From: an uncultured Gemmatimonadales bacterium
GTDB taxonomy: Bacteria; Gemmatimonadota; Gemmatimonadetes; Gemmatimonadales; Gemmatimonadaceae
DNA: 64,000 bases
Assembly: GCA_963850905.1 (NCBI GenBank)
Contig: CAWKMU010000003.1
Span: 1,715,156-1,779,155 of the forward strand
Direction of reading: 5' to 3'
Shown here: in pieces, positions 19,145 through 28,091 of the stretch
Position numbering within the stretch: position 1 is the stretch's first letter
How the letters are laid out: each line of letters starts with the position of its first letter
Notes under the pieces: generated by a model
What the model was told of the DNA's origin: nothing
The model's database searches: none
The model's input: the letters and a program-made list of their open reading frames with translations, nothing else
Program-made: the position numbers and the translations under genes

Positions 19145-20913
19145 GATGCGCGCTCCGCGGGTAGTGGACCCGGTCGCGCCCCGATCCGAACGTTCGACCA
19201 CCATGCTTTGATCGCGTCCTTCAGTTCGCCGAGCTCGCCGCCGCGCGACGTGGCTCCGGCGCGGCCGACCCGCGCGAGCAATGCCACTCCGGCGGCCAGG
19301 AAGATCACATTGGATGCCCACATCGCCCAGAAAGGCGAGACCGTGCCGTTCTGCGCCAGCGGCTCGCCGGCGATGAGCCCGACATAGTAGAGGCCGAACA
19401 CGGCGAAGCTCACGCCGATGACCAGGCCGACGCCGCCTCGGGGAAAGCGAAGCGCGACGGGCGCGCCGAGTAACACGAAGATCGCGCACGCCACCGAGAT
19501 GGCGAACTTCTTTTGGATTTCCACATCGTACGTGGCGTTGGTCCGACGATTGTCCTCGATCCGCGCGCGATCGGCATCGAAACTTGCGCTCAGCGTATTG
19601 AGCGTCGCGACGGCGCTGATCGGGATCACTTGCGAAATCGTCGTCGGTTTTGGTGGCGGACCGATCGCCGACGGGACGTTGGCTGGCAACAGCGGCTTAG
19701 CGGCAGCGCCAACCGCAGGCAGGCCAGCCGACGGCGCCCCAGATGATGGCAAGCCCGCGGAAGGCGGCAGGCCCGCGGAAGGCGGCAGGCCCGCGGAAGG
19801 CGGCAAACCGGCCGACGGCCCAGCTCCGGCGCCACCCGCGGGAGGTGGCCCGGGGTTCGCGAACGGTGCTACGGCGGCAGGGCCACCCAGGCTCGCGCCC
19901 CCCAGCGTGGTGTCGGCGCGACTCGCCCGAGTCACTCTGGCGAGGAGGTCGCAATACAAGCGTCCGACGCTCGGTTTGGGCCGGAAGGGGTTGGTCGGCG
20001 CGCCTGGTGGCGCCGGCGGCGTCGCGCTCGTACCCGTCGCCGCAATCCGCGCGGCGTTGACGAACTGAAAGCGAATCTGTTGGCGTGCCTCGGCGTCGGC
20101 ACGCTCGGCGTCGGCGACGACCTGCTGCATCTCGCACACCGACATCTCGCGCTCGCTCTTGTAGGTATCGTTGGTGGACCGGGTGAGCGTGTTGCCGACG
20201 CCCCGGACTCGTACGTGATTCACGATATAATAGATGCGCTGCAGCTCCGCGGGGTTCGCCTTCTGCACGTCCTGAATGACCCCGTGGAAGAGGTTGAGCT
20301 TCAGATCGCCGTCGGCCGTCAGCCCCATGGTGCCGCTGTCCGCGTAGATGGTCCGACGCCTCGACGCATCGCCCAGGTCGTAGATCACGACCTCCCGCAT
20401 GCGGTCGGTGGCCTCATCGAGTTGACCCGCACGCAGATAGAGCTTGCCCGGCGAGACTTCGTTGATCACCTGGGCATGGAGGGCGAATGTCGGCTTTTTG
20501 CGGGCGATGTCTTCCATGAGCGTCCGCAGCTGGTGATTCGACCGGGGCAACACCTGGTCGTTGAAGGCGATCATGAACAGCGACAGGCCGGCGGCCGCAA
20601 TGAGCGTCGGGATGAGGAGGCGGCTCAGCGAGACGCCGCTCGCCTTCATCGCGGTGATCTCGTTTTCCGCCGCAAGCCGGCTGAAGGCGTACAGAACGGC
20701 TACGAGCACGGCCATTGGCAACGTCATGGCGAACGTGAACGGCACCGACAGCCCGACGAACTCGCCGATCACGCTCCACGGCAACCCCTTCCCGACGAGG
20801 TTGCCGATGTTCTTTGCGATATAGTTCAGTAGCAGAAGCGACGTGAGCGCCGTCAGGGAAAAGAGCAGCGGGCCCAAGTGCTCTCGGAGCGCGTATTTGC
20901 TGAGTATCTTCAC
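19141..20913 (-). CDS. lptF: LPS export permease LptF-like (YjgP/YjgQ family) with a large Pro/Ala/Gly-rich insertion
   Basis: The GTG at 20911-20913 gives VKILSKYALREHLGPLLFSLTAL...ITAMKASGVSLSR. The periplasmic part carries a low-complexity insert of about 130 aa that includes (PSAGLP)n. Confidence 0.75.
   Translation of the reverse strand: MKILSKYALREHLGPLLFSLTALTSLLLLNYIAKNIGNLVGKGLPWSVIGEFVGLSVPFTFAMTLPMAVLVAVLYAFSRLAAENEITAMKASGVSLSRLLIPTLIAAAGLSLFMIAFNDQVLPRSNHQLRTLMEDIARKKPTFALHAQVINEVSPGKLYLRAGQLDEATDRMREVVIYDLGDASRRRTIYADSGTMGLTADGDLKLNLFHGVIQDVQKANPAELQRIYYIVNHVRVRGVGNTLTRSTNDTYKSEREMSVCEMQQVVADAERADAEARQQIRFQFVNAARIAATGTSATPPAPPGAPTNPFRPKPSVGRLYCDLLARVTRASRADTTLGGASLGGPAAVAPFANPGPPPAGGAGAGPSAGLPPSAGLPPSAGLPPSAGLPSSGAPSAGLPAVGAAAKPLLPANVPSAIGPPPKPTTISQVIPISAVATLNTLSASFDADRARIEDNRRTNATYDVEIQKKFAISVACAIFVLLGAPVALRFPRGGVGLVIGVSFAVFGLYYVGLIAGEPLAQNGTVSPFWAMWASNVIFLAAGVALLARVGRAGATSRGGELGELKDAIKAWWSNVRIGARPGPLPAERAS
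19748..19810. repeat. 18-bp tandem repeat (about 3.5 copies) inside lptF
   Basis: The plus strand reads ggcaagcccgcggaa ggcggcaggcccgcggaa ggcggcaggcccgcggaa ggcggcaaaccggcc. On the minus strand this encodes PSAGLP PSAGLP PSAGLP. Confidence 0.8.
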
Positions 20914-21051
20914 GGTTTGAAATTCCGCCCTGTCAATCGTCAAATTCAAGGCCGAAGGGCTCGCAGGGCGGGTAACAGAAGGGGCGCCATCGGCGTCCTC
21001 GACCGGACCGCCAGCGGCAACGGCAGACTGGTCGCACCCATTCACCCGCCT

Positions 21052-21954
21052 GTGAAATTGTCAGTTTTCGTCGCGTGCGCTGTCCTGTCCCTCTGGGGCT
21101 GTCAGCGTAGCATCCAACCCCGCACAGCGTTCGACGGCGAGGCCGCGATGGGCTACGCCAGGACGCTGCTCGCATTTGGGCCACGCGTCCCCGGAACGCC
21201 AGGGGCCCAGCACGGCGGCGACTGGATCAACGCCCAGATGCGACTGCGGGCCGACACGGTCATGGTTCAAAGCTGGAACTACACCACCACCAACGGGACG
21301 GTCCTGCCGCTCCGCAACATTCTTGCGCGCTTCCGGCCGACGGCGACCGATCGCGTGCTCTACGTGACGCATTGGGACACGCGTCCAATCTCGGACGAAG
21401 CCCGCGATTCGGCGCAACGGCAGATCCCCGTACCGGGTGCGAACGATGGCGCCTCGGGCGTGGCGCTGTTTATGGCGCTCGGGGACGTGCTCAAGAAGAC
21501 ACCGCCGACCGTCGGCGTCGATCTGCTGTTCGTGGACGGCGAGGATTACGGCGACTTCGCGACGATGCATGATGTGTTGCTCGGATCGACGTACTTCGCG
21601 ACGCACCTGCCCGAACCGGGCTACCGCCCACTGTATGGGATCCTGTGGGACATGATCGGCGACCGCGACCTGGACATCTATGAAGAGGTCAACTCCGTGC
21701 ATTTCGCCCCGGAGGTCGTGCAGCGGGTGTGGACACAGGCCGCCGACCTCGGGTACGGCCGGTACTTTCTGTCGCAGACGAAATACACGGTGACCGATGA
21801 CCATCTCCCGCTGCTCAAGGCGGGCCTCCGCGTGATCGACGTCATCGATCTCGACTACCCGCCCCACCACACGCCGGAAGACACGATCGACAAGATCTCC
21901 GCCCGGTCGCTCCAGGTCGTGGGCGACGTCGCCACCGCGCTCGTGACCATGTAG
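21052..21954 (+). CDS. M28-family peptidase / glutaminyl-cyclase-like lipoprotein
   Basis: The GTG at 21052 gives VKLSVFVACAVLSLWGC (lipobox-like). Zn-ligand regions are HWDTRP, GANDGASGVA and FVDGEDYG. Confidence 0.7.
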   Translation: MKLSVFVACAVLSLWGCQRSIQPRTAFDGEAAMGYARTLLAFGPRVPGTPGAQHGGDWINAQMRLRADTVMVQSWNYTTTNGTVLPLRNILARFRPTATDRVLYVTHWDTRPISDEARDSAQRQIPVPGANDGASGVALFMALGDVLKKTPPTVGVDLLFVDGEDYGDFATMHDVLLGSTYFATHLPEPGYRPLYGILWDMIGDRDLDIYEEVNSVHFAPEVVQRVWTQAADLGYGRYFLSQTKYTVTDDHLPLLKAGLRVIDVIDLDYPPHHTPEDTIDKISARSLQVVGDVATALVTM

Positions 21955-21991
21955 CTACCCGAAAGCGCCCCGAAGCACAGCGGGCCCAGCG

Positions 21992-23923
21992 GTGACGAAA
22001 CTTTCGCTGGGCGCGTCCTCCACACGTGCCGCCTTCCCCAGTGCCGACCGCCACTCCGCGGGCGGCTTGGATCATCCTGCGAGCCGTGCCGTGGCCCCAC
22101 CGCTGACAGCGACCCTGACGTTCGATCGCCTCGGAGATGCGCTGGTCCGGGACGGCCAGATCACGCGTGAGCAGCTTGCGACAGCCCAGCGCGAGCAGAA
22201 GCAGAACGGCGGCACCGTCAACTACCACCTCGTCAAGCTCGGCTACGTTCAGGAAGTCGAGATGACGAAGATGCTGGCCCGGCAATACCGAATGCCGGCG
22301 GTTGACCTGTCGAAGTTCGAGGTCGACGCGAAGATCCTCAAGCTGATCCCGACGGATCTCGCCACGAAGAGCCTCGTGCTGCCGCTCAAGCGCGACGGCC
22401 GGACGCTCACGGTCGCCATTGCGGACCCGACGAATCTGGGCGTCATCGAAGATCTCAAGTTCATCACGCGGTACGACATTTATCCCGTGCTCGCGGGTGA
22501 GTTCACGCTCCGCAACACGATCGAGCGCCACTATGAGGCGTCCGACAGCGCGATGCAAACGCTGCTCGACGAGATCGAAGAGGCTGAAGGCGATCTCGAA
22601 GTGCTGGAGGACAAGGACGATGAACCGACCGCCGCAGCACTTGCGGCGGCGGTCGATGACGCGCCCGTGGTCAAACTCATCAACGGCATCTTGAGTGACG
22701 CGGTACGCCGCGGCGCCTCCGACATCCACTTCGAGTGCTTCGAGCACGAGCTGCGGGTCCGGTACCGCGTGGACGGCGCCCTGCAGGAGGTCATGAAGCC
22801 GCCGCTCAAGATGAAGCCGGCGCTCATCTCCCGCTTCAAGATCATGTCTCAGCTCAACATCGCCGAACGTCGCGTCCCGCAGGATGGGCGCATCAAGCTG
22901 AAGATGGGGAGGCGCGTGATCGATTATCGCGTCTCCACCTTGCCGACGCTGTTCGGTGAGAAGGTGGTCCTCCGGATCCTGGACAAGGGGAACCTCACTC
23001 TCGATCTCGAGAAGTTCGGCATCGAGCCCCGCGCCGAACGGGAGCTCATGGAGGCGATTTCGAACCCATACGGGATGGTCCTCGTGACGGGTCCCACGGG
23101 ATCGGGCAAGACGACGACGCTGTATTCGGCGCTGTCGAAGATCAACAACATCGATGTGAACATCATGACGGCTGAGGATCCTGTCGAGTACAATCTCTTC
23201 GGGATCAACCAGGTGCTGGTCCGCAACGATATCGGCATGACGTTCGCGGCCGCCCTCAAGGCGTTCCTCCGTCAGGACCCGAACATCATCATGGTCGGCG
23301 AGATCCGCGATCTCGAGACCGGCGGCATCGCCATCAAGGCGGCGCTCACGGGGCACCTCGTGCTGTCGACGTTGCACACCAACTCGGCACCGGAGACTGT
23401 CACGCGGTTGCTCGACATGGGACTCGAGCCCTTCAACGTCGCGAGCGCCCTCAATCTCGTACTGGCGCAGCGACTGGTGCGCCGGGTCTGCAAGAACTGC
23501 AAGACGCAATACCAGCCGGACGACGCCGACTTCGCCGGCATGAAGGTCAAGGCGTCGACGACGCTCCGCGAGATGCGATTCACCGATGAGGCGCTGCAGG
23601 ATGCCAAAGGCCGCGCGACGCCGGAAGCCGCACCGTTTCTCGAGCGTCTCTCGCTCGACACGACCGTGGGCGAGCTCCCGTACTTCAAGGGCGGCGGATG
23701 CAACGAGTGCGCCGGCACTGGACTCAAGGGCCGCCAGGGCCTCTACGAAGTGATGTTCCTGACTCCCCACCTGCGCAAGCTGATTCTCCAGAACGTCGGC
23801 GCCGCCGAGATTCGCGACGCGGCGATCGAAGAGGGGATGCTGACGCTGCGCATGGACGGGTGGCTGAAGATCCTGAAAGGTATCACCACGATGGAGCAAG
23901 TCGTCCGCGAGACGAGCGTATGA
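21992..23923 (+). CDS. pilB: Type IV pilus assembly ATPase PilB (GspE family)
   Basis: T2SSE_N-like N-terminus (LVRDGQITREQLATAQ...MLARQYRMPAVDL), Walker A GPTGSGKTTTLYSAL, Asp/His boxes and a tetracysteine motif (CKNC...CNEC). The exact start is uncertain. Confidence 0.9.
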   Translation: MTKLSLGASSTRAAFPSADRHSAGGLDHPASRAVAPPLTATLTFDRLGDALVRDGQITREQLATAQREQKQNGGTVNYHLVKLGYVQEVEMTKMLARQYRMPAVDLSKFEVDAKILKLIPTDLATKSLVLPLKRDGRTLTVAIADPTNLGVIEDLKFITRYDIYPVLAGEFTLRNTIERHYEASDSAMQTLLDEIEEAEGDLEVLEDKDDEPTAAALAAAVDDAPVVKLINGILSDAVRRGASDIHFECFEHELRVRYRVDGALQEVMKPPLKMKPALISRFKIMSQLNIAERRVPQDGRIKLKMGRRVIDYRVSTLPTLFGEKVVLRILDKGNLTLDLEKFGIEPRAERELMEAISNPYGMVLVTGPTGSGKTTTLYSALSKINNIDVNIMTAEDPVEYNLFGINQVLVRNDIGMTFAAALKAFLRQDPNIIMVGEIRDLETGGIAIKAALTGHLVLSTLHTNSAPETVTRLLDMGLEPFNVASALNLVLAQRLVRRVCKNCKTQYQPDDADFAGMKVKASTTLREMRFTDEALQDAKGRATPEAAPFLERLSLDTTVGELPYFKGGGCNECAGTGLKGRQGLYEVMFLTPHLRKLILQNVGAAEIRDAAIEEGMLTLRMDGWLKILKGITTMEQVVRETSV

Positions 23924-23957
23924 CTCCAGAGCTGTCGTCCCCCACGAGCCGCCTGCC

Positions 23958-25145
23958 ATGACTGTCCCTGCCGCTGCGTCACCCGGGCCCGCGCCGGCCC
24001 CGGCGCAGCAAAGTGTCAACCTCCGCGCGCTGCTCGAGGAGATGATCGAGCGCGATGCGTCGGACCTCCACATCACGGCCGGCGAGCGGCCGAAGTTGCG
24101 GATCGATGGCGACATCACGAACTCGCAGATCGAGTACGTGATGACCCCCAAGGATACGCTCATGCTGGCGTATTCGGTCCTCACGGAAAATCAAAAGAAA
24201 CGCTTCGAGCTCGACGACGAGCTGGATTTCTCGTTCGGTATTCAGAACCTCGCGCGATTCCGTGGCAACTGCTTCAAGCAGCGTGGCTGCGTCTCGATGG
24301 TGATCCGACAGATCCCGTTCTCGGTGAAGACCTTTCAGGACCTCGGCTTGCCCGGGGTGATCGCCAAGCTCGCCGAGAAGCCGCGCGGATTGGTGTTGGT
24401 GACCGGACCGACCGGCTCGGGCAAGTCGACGACCCTCGCCGCCATGATCGACAAGATCAACCGGGAACGGAAAGGCCACATCATCACAGTGGAAGATCCG
24501 ATCGAGTTCATCCACCGGCATCAGGGCTGCATCGTCAATCAGCGCGAGGTCGGGACCGACACCAAGTCCTTCAGCAATGCCCTGAAGTACGCGCTCCGCG
24601 AGGATCCCGATGTCATTCTGATCGGCGAAATGCGCGACCTGGATACGATCCAGGCCGCGTTGACGATCGCGGAAACAGGGCACCTGGCCTTCGCGACGCT
24701 GCATACCAACTCGGCAGCCGAGGCCGTGAACCGCATCATCGACGTTTTCCCGTCGCACCAACAGTCGCAGGTCCGCGCCCAGCTGGCGTTCGTGCTCGAA
24801 GGGATCATCACCCAAACGCTTCTGGCGAAGGCCAAGGGGCGGGGGCGCTCGTTGGCGGCGGAGATCCTCGTTGTCACGCCCGCAATCCGCGCGCTCATCC
24901 GGGATGACAAGGTCCACCAGATCTATTCCCTGATGCAGTCCGGAAAGAAATACGGGATGCAGACGCTCAACGACGCCCTGTACAACCTGTACATGGGACG
25001 GGAGGTGGAGCTCGACGAGTGCCTCCGTGTCTCCAGCGACCCCAACGAGTTACTGCGCATGGTGGGGCATCTGGCGCCGGAGGACTCCGACGGCAAACCG
25101 ACGGGGCCTCCTCCGCAACGGGCGCCCGCCGGTGGCAAGCGGTGA
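23958..25145 (+). CDS. pilT: Twitching motility ATPase PilT
   Basis: Walker A GPTGSGKSTTLAAMI, TVEDPIEF, and a PilT-specific AIRALIRDDKVHQI motif. Confidence 0.9.
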   Translation: MTVPAAASPGPAPAPAQQSVNLRALLEEMIERDASDLHITAGERPKLRIDGDITNSQIEYVMTPKDTLMLAYSVLTENQKKRFELDDELDFSFGIQNLARFRGNCFKQRGCVSMVIRQIPFSVKTFQDLGLPGVIAKLAEKPRGLVLVTGPTGSGKSTTLAAMIDKINRERKGHIITVEDPIEFIHRHQGCIVNQREVGTDTKSFSNALKYALREDPDVILIGEMRDLDTIQAALTIAETGHLAFATLHTNSAAEAVNRIIDVFPSHQQSQVRAQLAFVLEGIITQTLLAKAKGRGRSLAAEILVVTPAIRALIRDDKVHQIYSLMQSGKKYGMQTLNDALYNLYMGREVELDECLRVSSDPNELLRMVGHLAPEDSDGKPTGPPPQRAPAGGKR

Positions 25146-25175
25146 GACGGGCAGGCGGGGACGGTCGTCAAGAGC

Positions 25176-25232
25176 CAGGGTTAGGGGTTAGAGGTCAGGG
25201 AACGACAACGGCCGGCTGCAACGGCCGGTTGC
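25176..25232. repeat. Heptad-arm element, half copy R4
   Basis: CAGGGTT AGGGGTT AGAGGTC AGGGAAC GACAACGGCCGG, followed by a small hairpin GCAAC-ggccg-GTTGC. No complementary C-rich arm follows. Confidence 0.5.
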
Positions 25233-25265
25233 GAGCCCGTGGCATATCACTCGGAAAACCATACT

Positions 25266-26465
25266 ATGCCTAGCTTCACCTACACTGCACGAGCCCTGAA
25301 CGGCGAGCTCAAAACGGCGACGATCGACGCGGCTACCCGCGAGGACGTCGTCGCCCAGCTGCGGCGCCAGCGGTTGACCGTCGTCAAGGTCGACGAGGAA
25401 GCGAAGCGCCGAAAGCCGAGCGGTGGCGGCATCAAGATGCGGGACATCGTCATCTTCACGCGGCAGTTCTCGACGATGATCAACTCGGGTCTCCCGCTGG
25501 TGCAGGCGCTCGACATTCTCGCCAAGCAGAGCCAGAACAAGGCGCTCCAGGATGTGACGCGCGCCGTGGTATTCGACGTCGAGTCGGGGCACACCGTGGC
25601 CGATGCGCTCCGGAAGCATCCGCGGGCCTTCAATGAGCTCTACGTCAACATGGTCGCGGCGGGCGAGGCCGGCGGTATTCTCGACACGATCCTGATGCGT
25701 CTCGCGACGTTCATGGAGAAGAACGACGCCCTCGTCCGCAAGGTGAAGGGCGCCATGATCTACCCCTGCGTCATCATGGCGGTCGCCGCGATCGCCTGCA
25801 GCGTGTTGCTGATCTTCGTCATCCCCGTGTTCGAGAACATGTTCGGGTCGGTCGGCCTCGCGCTGCCGCTGCCGACCCGCATCGTGATCGGAGTCTCAAA
25901 ATTCATCCGCGGATACGGCGGGCTCGCGGCGGTCGGTGGCGCGATTGGCGGCGGGTTCGCGGTCAAGAACTACTATGCGACGCCAGTCGGCAAGCTGCAG
26001 ATCGACCGCCTGCTGCTGAGCCTCCCGGTGCTGGGTGATGTGTTGCGCAAGTCGGCCGTCTCGCGCTTCACCCGCACACTGGGCACGCTCATCAGCTCCG
26101 GTGTCAGCATTCTCGATGGTCTCGAGATCACAGCCAAGACCTCCGGCAACCGGGTCATTCAGGACGCGATCATGCAGTCGCGAGCCAGCATCGCCGGCGG
26201 TGACACGATTGCCGCGCCGTTGGCCAAGTCCGCCGTGTTTCCGCCAATGGTGATCTCGATGATCGCCGTCGGTGAGTCCACCGGTGGTCTCGACGAAATG
26301 CTGGCGAAAATCGCCGACTTCTACGACGAAGAGGTCGACGCAGCGGTCTCCGCGCTCCTCTCCCTGCTCGAGCCGGTCATGATCGTGTTTCTCGGTGTGG
26401 TCGTCGGCGGCATGGTGGTCGCCATGTACCTGCCGATCTTCGACATGATCAATGCGGTGAAATAA
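25266..26465 (+). CDS. pilC: Type IV pilus platform protein PilC (GspF family)
   Basis: The ATG at 25266 gives MPSFTYTARALNGELKTATIDA. Two GspF repeats are present (FTRQFSTMINSGLPLVQAL / FTRTLGTLISSGVSILDGL). Confidence 0.9.
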   Translation: MPSFTYTARALNGELKTATIDAATREDVVAQLRRQRLTVVKVDEEAKRRKPSGGGIKMRDIVIFTRQFSTMINSGLPLVQALDILAKQSQNKALQDVTRAVVFDVESGHTVADALRKHPRAFNELYVNMVAAGEAGGILDTILMRLATFMEKNDALVRKVKGAMIYPCVIMAVAAIACSVLLIFVIPVFENMFGSVGLALPLPTRIVIGVSKFIRGYGGLAAVGGAIGGGFAVKNYYATPVGKLQIDRLLLSLPVLGDVLRKSAVSRFTRTLGTLISSGVSILDGLEITAKTSGNRVIQDAIMQSRASIAGGDTIAAPLAKSAVFPPMVISMIAVGESTGGLDEMLAKIADFYDEEVDAAVSALLSLLEPVMIVFLGVVVGGMVVAMYLPIFDMINAVK

Positions 26466-26468
26466 GGG

Positions 26469-26585
26469 CTGGACGTTAGACGTTGGACGTTGGAGACAAA
26501 CCTCGAGGGCCAGCCACGGTGCACCGTAGCTGGCCCTCGAGGTTTGTTAACGTCTAACGTCTAACGTCCAACGTCTACCGTCTAA
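26469..26585. repeat. Heptad-arm palindromic element, copy R5 (best-preserved, GACGTT heptads)
   Basis: Left arm GGACGTT AGACGTT GGACGTT GGAG. A perfect 19-bp inner stem ACAAACCTCGAGGGCCAGC / GCTGGCCCTCGAGGTTTGT surrounds the loop cacggtgcaccgta. Right arm TAACGTC TAACGTC TAACGTC CAACGTC TACCGTC. It overlaps the last codons of tonB. Confidence 0.8.
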
Positions 26586-27258
26586 GTTCGAACACAAACG
26601 CCTGCTCCACCAGTTGCCGCACGCGATGCCCATTCACCTCGGCCGGGTAGAACCGCATTCGCGGCAGCGCGGTCTTGACGGCGACGTCGAACAGATCGTT
26701 GTCCGTCTCCAGCACGTGCAGGCTTCCGGGCTCGACATGGCCGAGCGTATCCACAACGAACTGCTCGACGACCCGCCCAGAAATGCCGGACTCCTCGAGT
26801 ATCGGCGGGTAGACTGGCTGGGCTGAGCCAGGCGCGGCTGCGGCGGCCTTCTCCACTTGATTGACAAGGTAGGGCTGATTCGTCGGCGTGCCCGGCGCGC
26901 TGTCGCCCGACCCCGTGAGTCCGGTAGCCCGCCGTCTCCAGAAATCGGAGTCGACGACGGACTTCGTGAAGTCGATGTGCGGGAGAGACTCCGGCACCGT
27001 CAGGGGGAAATCGGGTCCCGGTCCCTTGACCGGCGGCGGCGGAGCGATCGGATTGGACGGGGGGACGGGCCGCGGTCGCTCGGGTTGGTAGGGCGTCAGC
27101 GGCTGAAAGACGTCAGTGATCGGAGGCGGCTTCGTATTCGCTCTCGCGGTCGCGTACACGGCGAACGAGATAATGACGGTGTGCGCCACGACGCTCAGCA
27201 CAGTGCCGGCACGGTGACGTGGTCGTGTCCCTCTCGACTCGACGAGTGTGGTAAACAC
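26575..27258 (-). CDS. TonB-family energy transducer
   Basis: N-terminal TM anchor (VLSVVAHTVIISFAVY), Pro-rich linker (PERPRPVPPSNPIAPPPPVKGPGP) and a TonB_C-like domain (PVYPPILEESGISGRVVEQFVVD). Confidence 0.8.
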   Translation of the reverse strand: MFTTLVESRGTRPRHRAGTVLSVVAHTVIISFAVYATARANTKPPPITDVFQPLTPYQPERPRPVPPSNPIAPPPPVKGPGPDFPLTVPESLPHIDFTKSVVDSDFWRRRATGLTGSGDSAPGTPTNQPYLVNQVEKAAAAAPGSAQPVYPPILEESGISGRVVEQFVVDTLGHVEPGSLHVLETDNDLFDVAVKTALPRMRFYPAEVNGHRVRQLVEQAFVFELRR

Positions 27259-27469
27259 TGGCTCCTCCGATTGTTCGGCGAACCGACGGGGCGGCTCATT
27301 GCCGTTGCCGCTACCGAAGCCAGTGTACGCAGGCCGGATGGCGCTGCTGTTACCGAAGGATTAGAAGAACGCTCCTCGTCGATTACGGTTTGTTTAAGGA
27401 GGGATTACGGTTGGGAAGGGAGCAGAAACATGACTGGCCGCGGGCGGTGATGGGGCACGCGCGTGTGGA

Positions 27470-27874
27470 TCAACGTCCACGCCACCGCTCCAGCGTCCGA
27501 CGATCCTTCTTGGTGGGACGGCCCTGCTCACGGCCCGACGGGAGCGATCGGAGCTGTAGTGCCAATGCCTCCCGGGCCGTGCGGCTGGCGGGCGTCTCTT
27601 CGTACAGTCGTGCCGCGTCGGCGGCCCGCCCCCGGTGTTCGCTCAACACCCGCACCAGCAGGTGTGTTTCAAATGGTGGGTGTCGCACGCTCACCCGATC
27701 GCCTACCTGTAGCAGCCGCGCGGGCTTGGCCCGCTCGCCATTTACATCGACCTTGCCGCCACCTACCGCGTCGGCCGCGATCGACCGTGTCTTGAACAAG
27801 CGCGCGGCCCAGAGCCATTTGTCCAGTCTGACCCTGCCGAGGTCGCTTTTGCTATCCATTTGTTTGTCCATCAT
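27470..27874 (-). CDS. hslR: S4-domain RNA-binding protein (Hsp15-like)
   Basis: The S4 motif VRLDKWLWAARLFKTRSIAADAVGGGKVDVNGERAKPA and a basic C-terminal tail. Confidence 0.8.
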   Translation of the reverse strand: MMDKQMDSKSDLGRVRLDKWLWAARLFKTRSIAADAVGGGKVDVNGERAKPARLLQVGDRVSVRHPPFETHLLVRVLSEHRGRAADAARLYEETPASRTAREALALQLRSLPSGREQGRPTKKDRRTLERWRGR

Positions 27875-28091
27875 GAACTTGCGTCACGCACCGAGCATGA
27901 CTGTGGCACTAAGAGATGGTGAACGAGGTACCAAAATGGGCACAAGTCCGTCACGTTGCAGTGGACCCCTGTCGCGGCATGGACTCTTGAGCACGTCGTC
28001 CGCTACGAAGCGAATAAACTACTAAACCCGGTACCGCGGCGAGGTCTGCCGACGACGTGCCAGGGCTGAGCCCTATTGATTTCTTGATGTC

